From: a virus
Taxonomy: Duplodnaviria > Caudoviricetes
DNA length: 64,000 nucleotides
Reading direction: 5' to 3' (one strand)
Virus record (IMG/VR): IMGVR_UViG_2595698619_000001
Span: 1 to 64,000 of that record
This document shows, one piece after another, positions 55,102 to 64,000 of this stretch; position 1 is the first letter of the stretch; every line of letters starts with the position of its first letter. A program made the position numbers and the translations under genes. Below the pieces are notes generated by a model, which saw only the letters and a program-made list of their open reading frames with translations, searched no databases and was not told the origin of the DNA.

Positions 55102-56614
55102 CGCTCCACCGTCCCGGGTTACCTTCGACGACTCGCACGTCGCCGTCCAGCACTTCTTCGAGCATCGGGTCCTTGCCTTCCTCTTCGAGGTCGCGGATTT
55201 CCTCGCAGACCTGCTCGTGCTTGTCGAACGTGGGATACCGCAGACCCGTGTAACTGTACTTCGACAGCCCGTTCTTCTGAAGTTGACCGACGGGTTCGCC
55301 GTCAGGACCTTCGACGAACCGCAGGACCTGGTCGACCTTGTAGGCGTTGTCTCGCTCGCCCACAGGTTTCTTCGGGTTCCCTTCGTCACCCTCCATGATG
55401 GCCTCGTAGTCGTCCGTCTGCATGGCCGTCCAGTAGAAGTGGAACGGGGTGTCAATCATTACCTCGCGGAACCGCTTGTTGTGGTACCGCTTGATGACTT
55501 TCCAGTCGCTCTCACCCGAGCGTCCCATGTTGGACGACAGGTTGACTTCGTCGAGCGTCTTCCCCTGGTACGCCTTGCTGACGTACTTCTGCTTCGACCA
55601 CTCCCACATCTCACTCATCGAGTCGACTACGATGGTGCCGCGGTGACCTTCCTCGAGGTAGCGGTGAAGCACGGAGATGGCCTCGTTGAGCGCCTCTCGC
55701 GCCTCGTCGTAGTCGTCGGGTTGCCAGATGTACGTGACCTTATCCTCGAACTTCGAGGCGAGGTTGTGCGCCTTGCCCTCCGTGTCTATGATACAGACAG
55801 GTTGAGGCATGGTGAACCCGAAGTGGGTCTTGCCCTTGCCGGGTTCTGCCCACCCGAGGATACGCCAGAGGTACGGTTGCTCTGCCGCCTCGTCGGTGTC
55901 CATGGCGTTCGGAGCAACGTCTCCGATGTCCACGGCCCCGATGCTGCTCACGTCGTCGTCTACCGAAGCAGTTTGCGTCGTCTCGGGTTCGTCGTCCTGC
56001 TCGGTCGTGTCGGACGTGTCCTCGTCGGCGAGGTTGTCTACCCCAATCTCGTCGAGTTCATCGGGGTCGACTTCATCGACCGCGTCGTCCACCTCATCCT
56101 GAGTCGCTCCGTCGTCCTCGTCGTCCATGCCCCACCCGCCGCTGTCGTCGGTCGACTCGTCGTCGGATGTCTCGTCCTGCGTCTCGTCGTCCTCGTTCTG
56201 CGAGGTGGCGTCGGAGTCGTTTCCCGCGTCCTCATCAGCATCGTCCTCGACCTGATTCAGACGACGCTCGTACACTTCCTGTGCGGACGAGCGCGTGTCC
56301 TGCTCCATCGCTTCGCGCAGAACGTCGGCGTCGTCGAGCTCCTTGTACTTGTCCTCGATGGTGGACACAGTGATGCTCTCGACGTTCTCCGCGTCAACGA
56401 CCGACGCGAACTGCTGCGCGAACCCGAGTTCTTCCTCGGTTTCGTCGTCGCGGTCATCACCGTCAGCGAGGTCCTGCACGTCAGAACCCCATCCTCCAGC
56501 GTCGTCAGACGTGTCCTCGGTGGTGTCCCCCTCCACCTCGGTCGTTTCCTCGTCGGCATCGTCTGCCTCGAGGTCCTCTGCCTCCAGTTCGTCGTCGTCC
56601 ATTCCCCAGCTCAT
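55094..56614 (-). CDS. AAA_24/Sak4-like ATPase with a long acidic N-terminus
   Basis: EPGKGKTH, IDTEG, IVVDS; adjacent to the SSB-like gene. Confidence 0.75.
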   Translation of the reverse strand: MSWGMDDDELEAEDLEADDADEETTEVEGDTTEDTSDDAGGWGSDVQDLADGDDRDDETEEELGFAQQFASVVDAENVESITVSTIEDKYKELDDADVLREAMEQDTRSSAQEVYERRLNQVEDDADEDAGNDSDATSQNEDDETQDETSDDESTDDSGGWGMDDEDDGATQDEVDDAVDEVDPDELDEIGVDNLADEDTSDTTEQDDEPETTQTASVDDDVSSIGAVDIGDVAPNAMDTDEAAEQPYLWRILGWAEPGKGKTHFGFTMPQPVCIIDTEGKAHNLASKFEDKVTYIWQPDDYDEAREALNEAISVLHRYLEEGHRGTIVVDSMSEMWEWSKQKYVSKAYQGKTLDEVNLSSNMGRSGESDWKVIKRYHNKRFREVMIDTPFHFYWTAMQTDDYEAIMEGDEGNPKKPVGERDNAYKVDQVLRFVEGPDGEPVGQLQKNGLSKYSYTGLRYPTFDKHEQVCEEIRDLEEEGKDPMLEEVLDGDVRVVEGNPGRWSDD

Positions 56615-57654
56615 AGGCTTTGCGTCTCCGTTCCGTGGTCATCGTCGTCGTTACCGCCGTTGTTGCCGTAGTTGTCGTCTATCGGCATCGAGATGTACGG
56701 GACGATTCCGACCACGTTCATCTGAATCTGCCCCTTGTTGTCTCCACTGTCCTCGCGCGTGATTGTTCCGTAGAAGTCACACTGCGAGTCGTTTCCGTAC
56801 TCCATCAGGTCCGGTTGCGTCCAGCACGTCAGACCTGCGTTCCGGTCGTCGCCACCGGTAATCTCCTCGCGGAGGTCGTTCGGGTCTACCACCGTGTCGT
56901 CGAGAATGTTGTAGATACCGAACGGGTTGCCGTTCTTCGACTCACCCTGATAGTGGTCGACCACGTACCCGCTGATACGCTTGAGGTCTCCCTCGTGCGA
57001 GAAGTCATCGCTGTCCCCGACGGACAGGTGGTCACCGAGGTCCGCGAGCGTCGCCGCGTCCTCGATTTGGTTGTTGATGACTTTCCGCTTGCCGTCCTTG
57101 CTGCTCGGCAGGTCGTCGAAGTCGCCCTCCTCCGCCTTTGTCTGGTCAGACGACCAGCAGACGTAGATGGGCGTCGGTTCGGGGTCGCCCGTCGCCTTCA
57201 CGTCGCCCTCCTCGATGGAGTTCCACACCTTCAGTTCGTTGAGCGGGCGGAACTTCGCCTTCATGTCGCCCAGGTCAACGCCGTCCGTCTCGTCGAAGAT
57301 GAACACTCCGATGCCGACCGGCTTGTCGTGCGGGTTGACGATGGCGTAGGCGAAGAGAACGTCTCGCTCCTGAGTGTTCGGGTTGTTACGTCCCCAACGT
57401 CGCACACCGCCGTGACCGAGTGCGAGTGTTGGAATCTCGACGACCTCACCCGAGAACGAGGACGTGCGGTCCTGACGCATGATTTCCGAGCGCACCATGC
57501 GAACCGCGAACGACTTGATGGCATCCTCACTCAGGTCGTCCTCCGCGTTTTTCCTCGCGTCGCTCAGTTTGGTTTGGAACCGCTCCTTGAGGTCTGCGAG
57601 GTCCTTCCCGGTGTCGTCTGCGATTTTCTCGAGTTCCTGTGCCACGTCCGTCAT
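56611..57654 (-). CDS. Putative RPA/SSB (OB-fold) protein
   Basis: N-terminal helical region, beta-rich body (ILDDT), acidic tail, replication context. Confidence 0.5.
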   Translation of the reverse strand: MTDVAQELEKIADDTGKDLADLKERFQTKLSDARKNAEDDLSEDAIKSFAVRMVRSEIMRQDRTSSFSGEVVEIPTLALGHGGVRRWGRNNPNTQERDVLFAYAIVNPHDKPVGIGVFIFDETDGVDLGDMKAKFRPLNELKVWNSIEEGDVKATGDPEPTPIYVCWSSDQTKAEEGDFDDLPSSKDGKRKVINNQIEDAATLADLGDHLSVGDSDDFSHEGDLKRISGYVVDHYQGESKNGNPFGIYNILDDTVVDPNDLREEITGGDDRNAGLTCWTQPDLMEYGNDSQCDFYGTITREDSGDNKGQIQMNVVGIVPYISMPIDDNYGNNGGNDDDDHGTETQSL

Positions 57655-57887
57655 GCCGTATCTCCTCGCTTCATCTGCGTCTTTTCGTTTACCGTACCCC
57701 TCCGTAAAGGGTCGGGTCTAAGATGCCCCGCAAGAATAGGTCCAGCACACCCACCCGCTCTGGACACTAAGTGTTAATATCCCTACCGCGTTACTTATCT
57801 TTGAACATGGCTGTAGTAGGGAAGAGGGAGTTAAGGGCTGACCCTATTTTACAGCAGTAGACGGTTGCTACGACGGAGACACTAACC

Positions 57888-58799
57888 ATGGAAGTCACAG
57901 ACCTTACTGGCGTTGGTCAAGTAACGTTCAACGATAAACTGAAGCCGGCCGGATTTGATACGATAGACAAGATAGCGAAGGCTACGGTGGATGAGCTGGT
58001 CGATGAAGCAGGACTGACTGAAGGGAAGGCTGAGAAGATACACCAACGAGCGAACAGAGAAGCGGTGATACTTCAGTCAGGTACGGACGTGCAGGACGAG
58101 TACGACAGCAAGAGTTACGTGAAGACGGGGATGGAGAAGCTCGATACGATGCTCGGTGGAGGATGGGAGGAAGGGTTCCTCATCACCCTGTCGGGCGAAG
58201 CAGGTTCCGGGAAGACACAGGTCGCGTTCAACTCGATGGTACACGCTGTGGAGCAGGAAGGAAAGCCCGCTGTCTACATCGAGACGGAGCCTAACCGTTA
58301 TCGCCCCGAACGGCTACGTGCCCTCGCCAACGAGGAGGACACTCAGCAAGACATATATCGTATAAAGGCATACGACCTCGAAAAGCAGAAGCTCGCCTAC
58401 GAGAAGGTGCGTGAAGCGTTTGACGAGGTGTCTCTCGTTGTGGTCGACTCGTTCACTGCCCGCTTCCGCCTCGCTGAGCAATTCGACGGTCGAGGTTCGC
58501 TGAGTCAACGGTCGGAGGAGATGGGCGCCCACCTACGTCGTCTCGAGCGCCTGTGTGAGGAACTGGGCGCACCCGTCCTTCTCACTGCGCAGGTGTACGG
58601 GAATCCCAGCGGGTTCGGTGCAGGAGACGCTGTCTACGGGGGTTCGCTCATGCAGCACACCGTCTCGTGTTTCGTCAATATGAAGTCGTCGAGTGGGAAT
58701 CTGAAGGAGGCACAACTACGCGGTCATCCTGGTCAGGCAGACGAGGAGGTCTACGTCAATATCGGCGAGAATCAACTCGAAGCGATGGACAACGTCTAG
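57888..58799 (+). CDS. radA: RadA recombinase
   Basis: N-terminal HhH, GEAGSGKTQ, IETE, VVDS, R..L..R. Confidence 0.9.
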   Translation: MEVTDLTGVGQVTFNDKLKPAGFDTIDKIAKATVDELVDEAGLTEGKAEKIHQRANREAVILQSGTDVQDEYDSKSYVKTGMEKLDTMLGGGWEEGFLITLSGEAGSGKTQVAFNSMVHAVEQEGKPAVYIETEPNRYRPERLRALANEEDTQQDIYRIKAYDLEKQKLAYEKVREAFDEVSLVVVDSFTARFRLAEQFDGRGSLSQRSEEMGAHLRRLERLCEELGAPVLLTAQVYGNPSGFGAGDAVYGGSLMQHTVSCFVNMKSSSGNLKEAQLRGHPGQADEEVYVNIGENQLEAMDNV

Positions 58800-58948
58800 T
58801 AGCGACGGTACGACGACCGACGCCGACTCTTTCTCTCGAAGTGTCGCAGGCCCACGTACACGAGCATTATCGCCCAGAGTCCTGCGAAGAATATGACGAA
58901 CGATAGCAGGACCATCATCTGCACGTCAGCGACGAGGTTCTCGAACAT
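58796..58948 (-). CDS. Small membrane protein
   Basis: MFENLVADV; TM helix followed by a basic tail. Confidence 0.5.
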   Translation of the reverse strand: MFENLVADVQMMVLLSFVIFFAGLWAIMLVYVGLRHFERKSRRRSSYRRY

Positions 58949-58949
58949 C

Positions 58950-59051
58950 TTAGAACCCGCCGGAGACGCTCACGACCATGAGCAGGCCCGTCAGGACGAG
59001 GACGAGCAGCGCCCAGAGTCCTGCGCCCAAGCGAACGAGAGTGTGGTTCAT
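58950..59051 (-). CDS. Membrane micro-peptide
   Basis: MNHTLVRLGAGLWALLVLVL; upstream TTTATG. Confidence 0.45.
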   Translation of the reverse strand: MNHTLVRLGAGLWALLVLVLTGLLMVVSVSGGF

Positions 59052-59387
59052 CTCTGTGTCACCTCACACATGGTAGTACACAGGTCGCGCATAAATACTT
59101 GGCGGAGAAAATACCGTACCGAAACGTATGGGGCAGAGTAGTAAAACGTGAACCGCCTTTAGAAGCGCCTATGCAGACAAAATCCGACGAAGCGGGGTAT
59201 AGCAGTCAACGTCAGGCCATCGGAGTTACTGTGACGTACTACTGAAACCCCCGAGAACTAGTCTACCGCCCGTCAACTGTCTTTAGAAGGGCTATACTCC
59301 GTCCGAGTTCAGCGAGTATCTCGACCGGTGAAATTCTCTGCGGGATGTTGAAGGTCGCATGACGGGAAACGTGTTATAGAGAGCGTC

Positions 59388-60050
59388 ATGCCAGGTGGTA
59401 AACCCAAGTTCCGGAAGAAGGAAACCCGCGTAGAAGTTGCTCTCGCCAAGTACTACGGTCTTGGTGATGAGGAACCGTGGGACCTCGACAGGATAGCGGA
59501 GTACCTCAACGTCTCCCTGTCCACGGTCGAGGACTACGTGTATAACAGCGAGATGGCGGAGGAGGTGGAGCGCGCCGCTGCGGAAGCGCAGGCACGCACG
59601 CGCATGGAAATCGTCGTCAAGCTCAAGAACGAGCTGTCGAAGCTCGAAGAAATCGAGGAGGACCTCCTTCAGGCGAAAGATACCGTCATCTCGTCGTACA
59701 CACCGAAGCACGTCGAGGTCAAGGTCAACTCCCCGGAAGGGGTCCACTTCGACGACGACGCCGATTCTCCGACCGTCTCCACGCAGATACCCGTGCCTGC
59801 GGACTACAAGGAGGTCCCGGACACGAGCAAGCTCAAGAACGTCTGGATTCAAAAGCGCAAAATCATCCAAGACATCGAGGACCTGATGGGGCTCGAGGCG
59901 CCGGACAAGGTCGAGCAGGAAAGCAAATCGGTGCACCTCGAACGCAAGGTCTACGAAGTGCGCGACTCGGGTGACTTCCCGGAAGCGGACGTCTCGCACG
60001 TCAACGACGAACCCGCAGAAATCGAGGTCGAACCTACAGACGACGCATGA
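59388..60050 (+). CDS. Terminase small subunit (putative)
   Basis: N-terminal HTH, coiled coil, LMGLEAPDK; position before terL. Confidence 0.7.
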   Translation: MPGGKPKFRKKETRVEVALAKYYGLGDEEPWDLDRIAEYLNVSLSTVEDYVYNSEMAEEVERAAAEAQARTRMEIVVKLKNELSKLEEIEEDLLQAKDTVISSYTPKHVEVKVNSPEGVHFDDDADSPTVSTQIPVPADYKEVPDTSKLKNVWIQKRKIIQDIEDLMGLEAPDKVEQESKSVHLERKVYEVRDSGDFPEADVSHVNDEPAEIEVEPTDDA

Positions 60051-60604
60051 GTAGCTCAGCAAAGGAGACGACTCGGTGTCAGAACTGTGGTGAGCAGTTC
60101 TCTTACTATCCTTCGAGCACACCGGGTAAGTATTGCTCTCGTTCCTGTTCGACGGACGCAAACTCCGGTGAGAATCATTACAGGTACTCACAGGTGTCGG
60201 TTCGTTGTACGTGGTGCGGAAAACGTCTCTCGCGTCGTAAGTCGCGGGTCCTCAAACACGACCATCAGTTCTGTGATGAGACGTGCGAAGGTCAGTGGCG
60301 TTCAGAACTCCAGTCTGGCGACGGTAATCCTAATTGGAGAGGCGGTTCTGACGACGAGTATCCGTTCGGGTCGAATTGGGAGAAGCAGAGGGCAAAAGCG
60401 CTCGAACGTGATAAGGTCTGTCAACGGTGCGGCGAGGACGGCTCGGACGCTCGCCTGTCTGTTCACCACCTGGAACCTCGCCGGTCGTTCGACCGAGATG
60501 ACCTTGAGGAGAAGGCGAACGACTTGAGTAACCTCGTCGTCCTCTGCATGCCGTGTCATGGTGCGGTAGAGCACAACCCCGAGGTGACTCTTGATGTCTG
60601 CTGA
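60047..60604 (+). CDS. Zn-finger HNH endonuclease
   Basis: CQRC, VHH, NLVVLCMPCH. Confidence 0.88.
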   Translation: MSSSAKETTRCQNCGEQFSYYPSSTPGKYCSRSCSTDANSGENHYRYSQVSVRCTWCGKRLSRRKSRVLKHDHQFCDETCEGQWRSELQSGDGNPNWRGGSDDEYPFGSNWEKQRAKALERDKVCQRCGEDGSDARLSVHHLEPRRSFDRDDLEEKANDLSNLVVLCMPCHGAVEHNPEVTLDVC

Positions 60605-62039
60605 GCAATCGGCGGCGTGGGAGTTTACACCTTTTGATAAGCAAGAAGACTTCCTCAACTGTACGGACAGGCAGGTTCTCCTGTCCGGCGCGTTCGGTAC
60701 CGGGAAGACACTCGTTGGGTGTGAGAAGGGGTACAGGTTCAATCAGATGTACCCCGGCAACCGCGGGCTCATCGTTCGTAAGACGTTCACTGACGTGAAG
60801 TCAACGACGGTGAATCAGACGCTCCTGGAGGACGTGATTCCCCCGTCGCATATCGTCGAGCACAACCGCTCGGAGCACGTCATAGAACACTACACGGGTG
60901 AGCAGACGCCCGACGGTGAACCCGTCACGTCCGAGATTTACTACCACGGTCTCGACTCGGGACGGAAGACAGGCGACGACGACCTCCCGCGCAAAATCGG
61001 TGGGATGGAGTTCGGGTGGATTTTCGTTGATGAGGCCTCAGAACTGTCGAAAGGTGAGTGGACCCAGCTCATGGGCCGTCTTCGTTTCGACGGGCGACGG
61101 GTCGGGAATTACCAGTACCAGGTCCCGTATCGTCAAATCTTCGCTGCGACGAACCCGGAACACCCGGGACACTGGATGTACCGGTGGTTCTTCGAGGACA
61201 ACAGAGGAACGCACTTCACCCTCCGCATGGACGATAATCCCCACCTAGCGGAGGACTACGTGCAGGACAACAAGGAGAACTACTCGGGCGTGTACTTCGA
61301 CCGATACATCCTCGGGAAGTGGGTCGGTGCAGAAGGTCTCATCTACGACGAGTGGGACCCTGATACGCACCACGTCAAACCCAGCGAGCTTCCCGGAGAT
61401 TGGGAGGTTCACCGCACGGAGGAGTACGAGGACGGCGAGGCATACTTCGCGTCTCCGCCCGAAGACTGGCGCGTGTACCGCACCATCGACTTCGGGTATC
61501 GTAACCCGTTCGTCTGTCAGTGGTGGGGTCGCGGTCCCGACGACCAGTTCGTCCTGTTCCGCGAGCTGTATCAGACGGAAGAACTCGTCGAGGACCTCGC
61601 CAAGAAAATCAAAACGCTCGACCCGCAAGGACACGTCGTAGACCAGTCGTTCGCTGACTGGAACGCCGAGGACCGCGCCACTCTCCAACGTCACGGGGTG
61701 GACGTGGCTCGTGCGAATAAGGACGTGTCGCCGGGAATCCAGAGTGTGAAGTCGCGCCTGACGAAGGACGAGCGCGGCAAACCGGGGCTCTACATCATGC
61801 AGGGTGCGAGAGTGCATGAGCCCGACGACAACCTCGATGAGAACAACGACCCGGTTAAGACAGTGGGGGAAATAACTGGGTACAAGTGGAACGACTCAGA
61901 TGACGAGGACCGCCCGAAAAAGGCCGACGACCACGGCATGGACGCTATGCGGTACTTCGTCCATACGGTCGATGCTCGGGGTCAGATGTCAGAGGAGGAG
62001 ATGAGAGAATGGAGCAACACGGTGAATTCTGCATGGTGA
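60594..62039 (+). CDS. terL: Terminase large subunit
   Basis: GAFGTGKT, FVDEA, ATNP, IDFG, DDHGMDAMRY. Confidence 0.95.
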   Translation: MSAEQSAAWEFTPFDKQEDFLNCTDRQVLLSGAFGTGKTLVGCEKGYRFNQMYPGNRGLIVRKTFTDVKSTTVNQTLLEDVIPPSHIVEHNRSEHVIEHYTGEQTPDGEPVTSEIYYHGLDSGRKTGDDDLPRKIGGMEFGWIFVDEASELSKGEWTQLMGRLRFDGRRVGNYQYQVPYRQIFAATNPEHPGHWMYRWFFEDNRGTHFTLRMDDNPHLAEDYVQDNKENYSGVYFDRYILGKWVGAEGLIYDEWDPDTHHVKPSELPGDWEVHRTEEYEDGEAYFASPPEDWRVYRTIDFGYRNPFVCQWWGRGPDDQFVLFRELYQTEELVEDLAKKIKTLDPQGHVVDQSFADWNAEDRATLQRHGVDVARANKDVSPGIQSVKSRLTKDERGKPGLYIMQGARVHEPDDNLDENNDPVKTVGEITGYKWNDSDDEDRPKKADDHGMDAMRYFVHTVDARGQMSEEEMREWSNTVNSAW

Positions 62040-62620
62040 AAGAACATACGTGTGATAAGTGCGAAGCTCGTTTCAAGAGTTGGCACTACAAGGACGGGCA
62101 TGAAAGGCGAGAACACCCGGAGTTATTCCCTTACGAGTGCCCATCTTGTGACAAGAACCTCAAAACGGAACGAGGCGTTCGTACCCACCACAAGCAATCG
62201 CATGGTGAATCGCTAGTCGAGGAAGAAGTAGAATGTGATACCTGCGGCGAACCGTTCGTTCAATCGGGGTACAAACTTCGCAGGAACGAGCATCACTTCT
62301 GTTCGTCCGACTGTTACGGTGAGTTCCGTTCTCAGTATTATACTGGCGACAAGCATCATAATTGGAAAGGAGGACACGTCGAGTACGGTGAGAACTGGTA
62401 CGCTGTGAGACGGAAAGTGCGTAGTAGGGACGAGGTATGTCAGAAGTGCGGTTCGGATGGGACTGACTGCCTCCTCGACGTTCATCATATCGACCCCATC
62501 CGGACGTTCGAGAAACCCGAGGAGGCAAATACGATGGACAACCTGATACTCCTTTGTAGGAGTTGTCACCGAGCAGTGGAAGAGAATCAAGCAAAATGCC
62601 CGCAACCGGAGGCATGGTAA
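62033..62620 (+). CDS. Zn-finger HNH endonuclease
   Basis: C2H2 fingers; CQKC, VHHI, NLILLCRSCH. Confidence 0.88.
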   Translation: MVKEHTCDKCEARFKSWHYKDGHERREHPELFPYECPSCDKNLKTERGVRTHHKQSHGESLVEEEVECDTCGEPFVQSGYKLRRNEHHFCSSDCYGEFRSQYYTGDKHHNWKGGHVEYGENWYAVRRKVRSRDEVCQKCGSDGTDCLLDVHHIDPIRTFEKPEEANTMDNLILLCRSCHRAVEENQAKCPQPEAW

Positions 62621-62623
62621 ATC

Positions 62624-64000
62624 ATGGCAACGAAACTCGGTAAGGCAGTCCGTAGCCGTGTAACGAGCACGCTGGACAAACGTATCGCCGGCATGCTGTC
62701 GAAGTACGGAGTCGGTTATCCGTCCTTCTCTCGCGCGGAGCAACCGCGTGGACGTGAGCCGCAACCACCGTATCAGCGTCGCGTCAGCCCGACGTTCATC
62801 TATCGCCTGCGTCAGAACTCGACGCTGGTCAACAACGCCATCGAGGAGAAGGTATCGCAGACCTTCCGTCGAGGCTTCACGGAAATCGAGAAGAAGTGGG
62901 AAGCGAAGTGTCCCGCGTGCAAGGAGACCTACGAGACACTGCAACCGTTCTACGATGAGTTCTCGTGGCTCGAGGAAGGCGACGAGGTTGACTTCTCGAA
63001 GGAGCGGCGGTGTCCTGACTGCGACGAACGAGTCGGGTTCAAGACGCCTGACAAGCAGGACAAGTTCCTGCTGGAATCGTTCCTCGGGCAAGCGAACCAG
63101 CGGTCGCAGGTCAACAGCGACCTCGAACCTTCCGAGCAGAACTCGGTCGGACAAACGCTCCTCGAGGTGTTCAAGGAGGTCGGGTGGGACATCCAGTCCT
63201 TCGACGACGGATGGCTCATCTTCGAGCGTTCGTACAAGACGGATTCGGACGGCAAAATCGTCGACTACGAACTGAAGGGTGTGCACCGCGCACCGCCTGA
63301 GCTCATGCGATACTCGGTGGACGAGAACGGTCACTTCGGACAGGAATACTACGTCTGTGTCGAGTGTCGCGCGACTGAAGGCGAGATGTACGAACCGCAG
63401 CGTTCGGGCGAGCACTGTCAGAACTGCGGGAGTCACACCTATCCCGTGTACGCTGTTGGGATTGACGGGCTCGGTCGTGGCAACAACGAGGACCCGGACA
63501 ACTACTTCATCCGCGGAGAGTTCGTACACGCGAGCGAGTACGAGCCGTCGAAGTTCTATGGGTACTCGCCAATCCTGACGCTGTGGGACGAGGCGTCTAC
63601 CCTGGAGAAGATGGACAACTGGTATCGAGAGGCCTACAAAGAGCGTCGCGCACCGCGTGGCGCCATGATTATCTCGTCCTCGAACAGCGAATCCACCCGC
63701 GCGTTCAACAAGGGCGAGATGGAGAAACTGCGGAACGACCCCAACTACATCCCGACGTTCATAGACGATTCTCAGTCGGGTGAGGGCGGGAAGCCTATCG
63801 AGTTCATCAACCTACTCGAAACGCCCGCCGCCATGCAGCACATGGAGATGAGGGAGTGGTTCCTCGACCGTATCTCCGCGAAGTACGGTGTCACCGCTGT
63901 GTTCCAGTCGGGTTCGCCTGAGAACGCGGGCCTGTCGCAGTCGATGGAGATTCAGGTGTCGAACCGGAGCGCCGACCGGCTGCGCACCATCTTCAACAAT
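62624..64000 (+). CDS. Portal protein (runs off the window end)
   Basis: Open frame from MATKLG to the window end; FYGYSPI motif, PRG, position after terL; CxxC insertions. Confidence 0.8.
   Translation, partial: MATKLGKAVRSRVTSTLDKRIAGMLSKYGVGYPSFSRAEQPRGREPQPPYQRRVSPTFIYRLRQNSTLVNNAIEEKVSQTFRRGFTEIEKKWEAKCPACKETYETLQPFYDEFSWLEEGDEVDFSKERRCPDCDERVGFKTPDKQDKFLLESFLGQANQRSQVNSDLEPSEQNSVGQTLLEVFKEVGWDIQSFDDGWLIFERSYKTDSDGKIVDYELKGVHRAPPELMRYSVDENGHFGQEYYVCVECRATEGEMYEPQRSGEHCQNCGSHTYPVYAVGIDGLGRGNNEDPDNYFIRGEFVHASEYEPSKFYGYSPILTLWDEASTLEKMDNWYREAYKERRAPRGAMIISSSNSESTRAFNKGEMEKLRNDPNYIPTFIDDSQSGEGGKPIEFINLLETPAAMQHMEMREWFLDRISAKYGVTAVFQSGSPENAGLSQSMEIQVSNRSADRLRTIFNN

Noticed and set aside
59060-59387. 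Intergenic region with a repeated CTTTAGAAG as a possible origin or ncRNA
   Set aside because: Only two 9-nt copies and no convincing stems; adequately explained as divergent promoters
7814-62039. Inteins or introns in NrdJ, RtcB, RFC, PolB, RadA or TerL
   Set aside because: Lengths are normal, catalytic motifs are contiguous, and no C...HN splice junctions were seen
62025-62620. TerL and the downstream HNH both end in AW-stop (GCATGGT), a possible third tail duplication
   Set aside because: Only 7 nt or 2 residues; too short to distinguish from chance without empty-site alleles

Overview
About 64 kb of a tailed haloarchaeal virus (GC-rich, very acidic proteome), with gene content resembling HVTV-1/HCTV-1-like haloviruses and probably starting at the left genome end. 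In order it holds: a non-coding start; many small accessory ORFs; class II RNR; nucleotide metabolism genes (NT5C-like, ThyX, MazG-like, Tmk); RtcB; tRNA-Gln; an AAA+/VWA pair; a 7-deazaguanine DNA-modification cluster (DpdA-like, FolE, QueE, QueD, QueC, QueF) plus a GNAT; two Dam-like MTases; a replisome (PolB, RFC-L/S, clamp, primase, SSB, RadA); and the start of the packaging module (TerS, TerL, portal, truncated). About 11 free-standing homing endonucleases are interspersed. Signals not explained by standard annotation: (1) a type III hammerhead ribozyme with an extra core helix at 13512-13600; (2) a shared C-terminal [VP]L[DEGS][FYW] tail on PolB, RFC-L, both MTases, the DpdA-like protein, the GNAT and two others, suggesting clamp-coupled DNA modification; (3) eight small proteins sharing a W-x7-FW-like motif; (4) an 8-copy (C)ACTTTCAC-N-TATA promoter regulon; (5) endonuclease insertions that duplicate and recode the target gene tail; (6) two structured non-coding RNA candidates. 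All calls come from reading motifs by eye, and no database searches were run.
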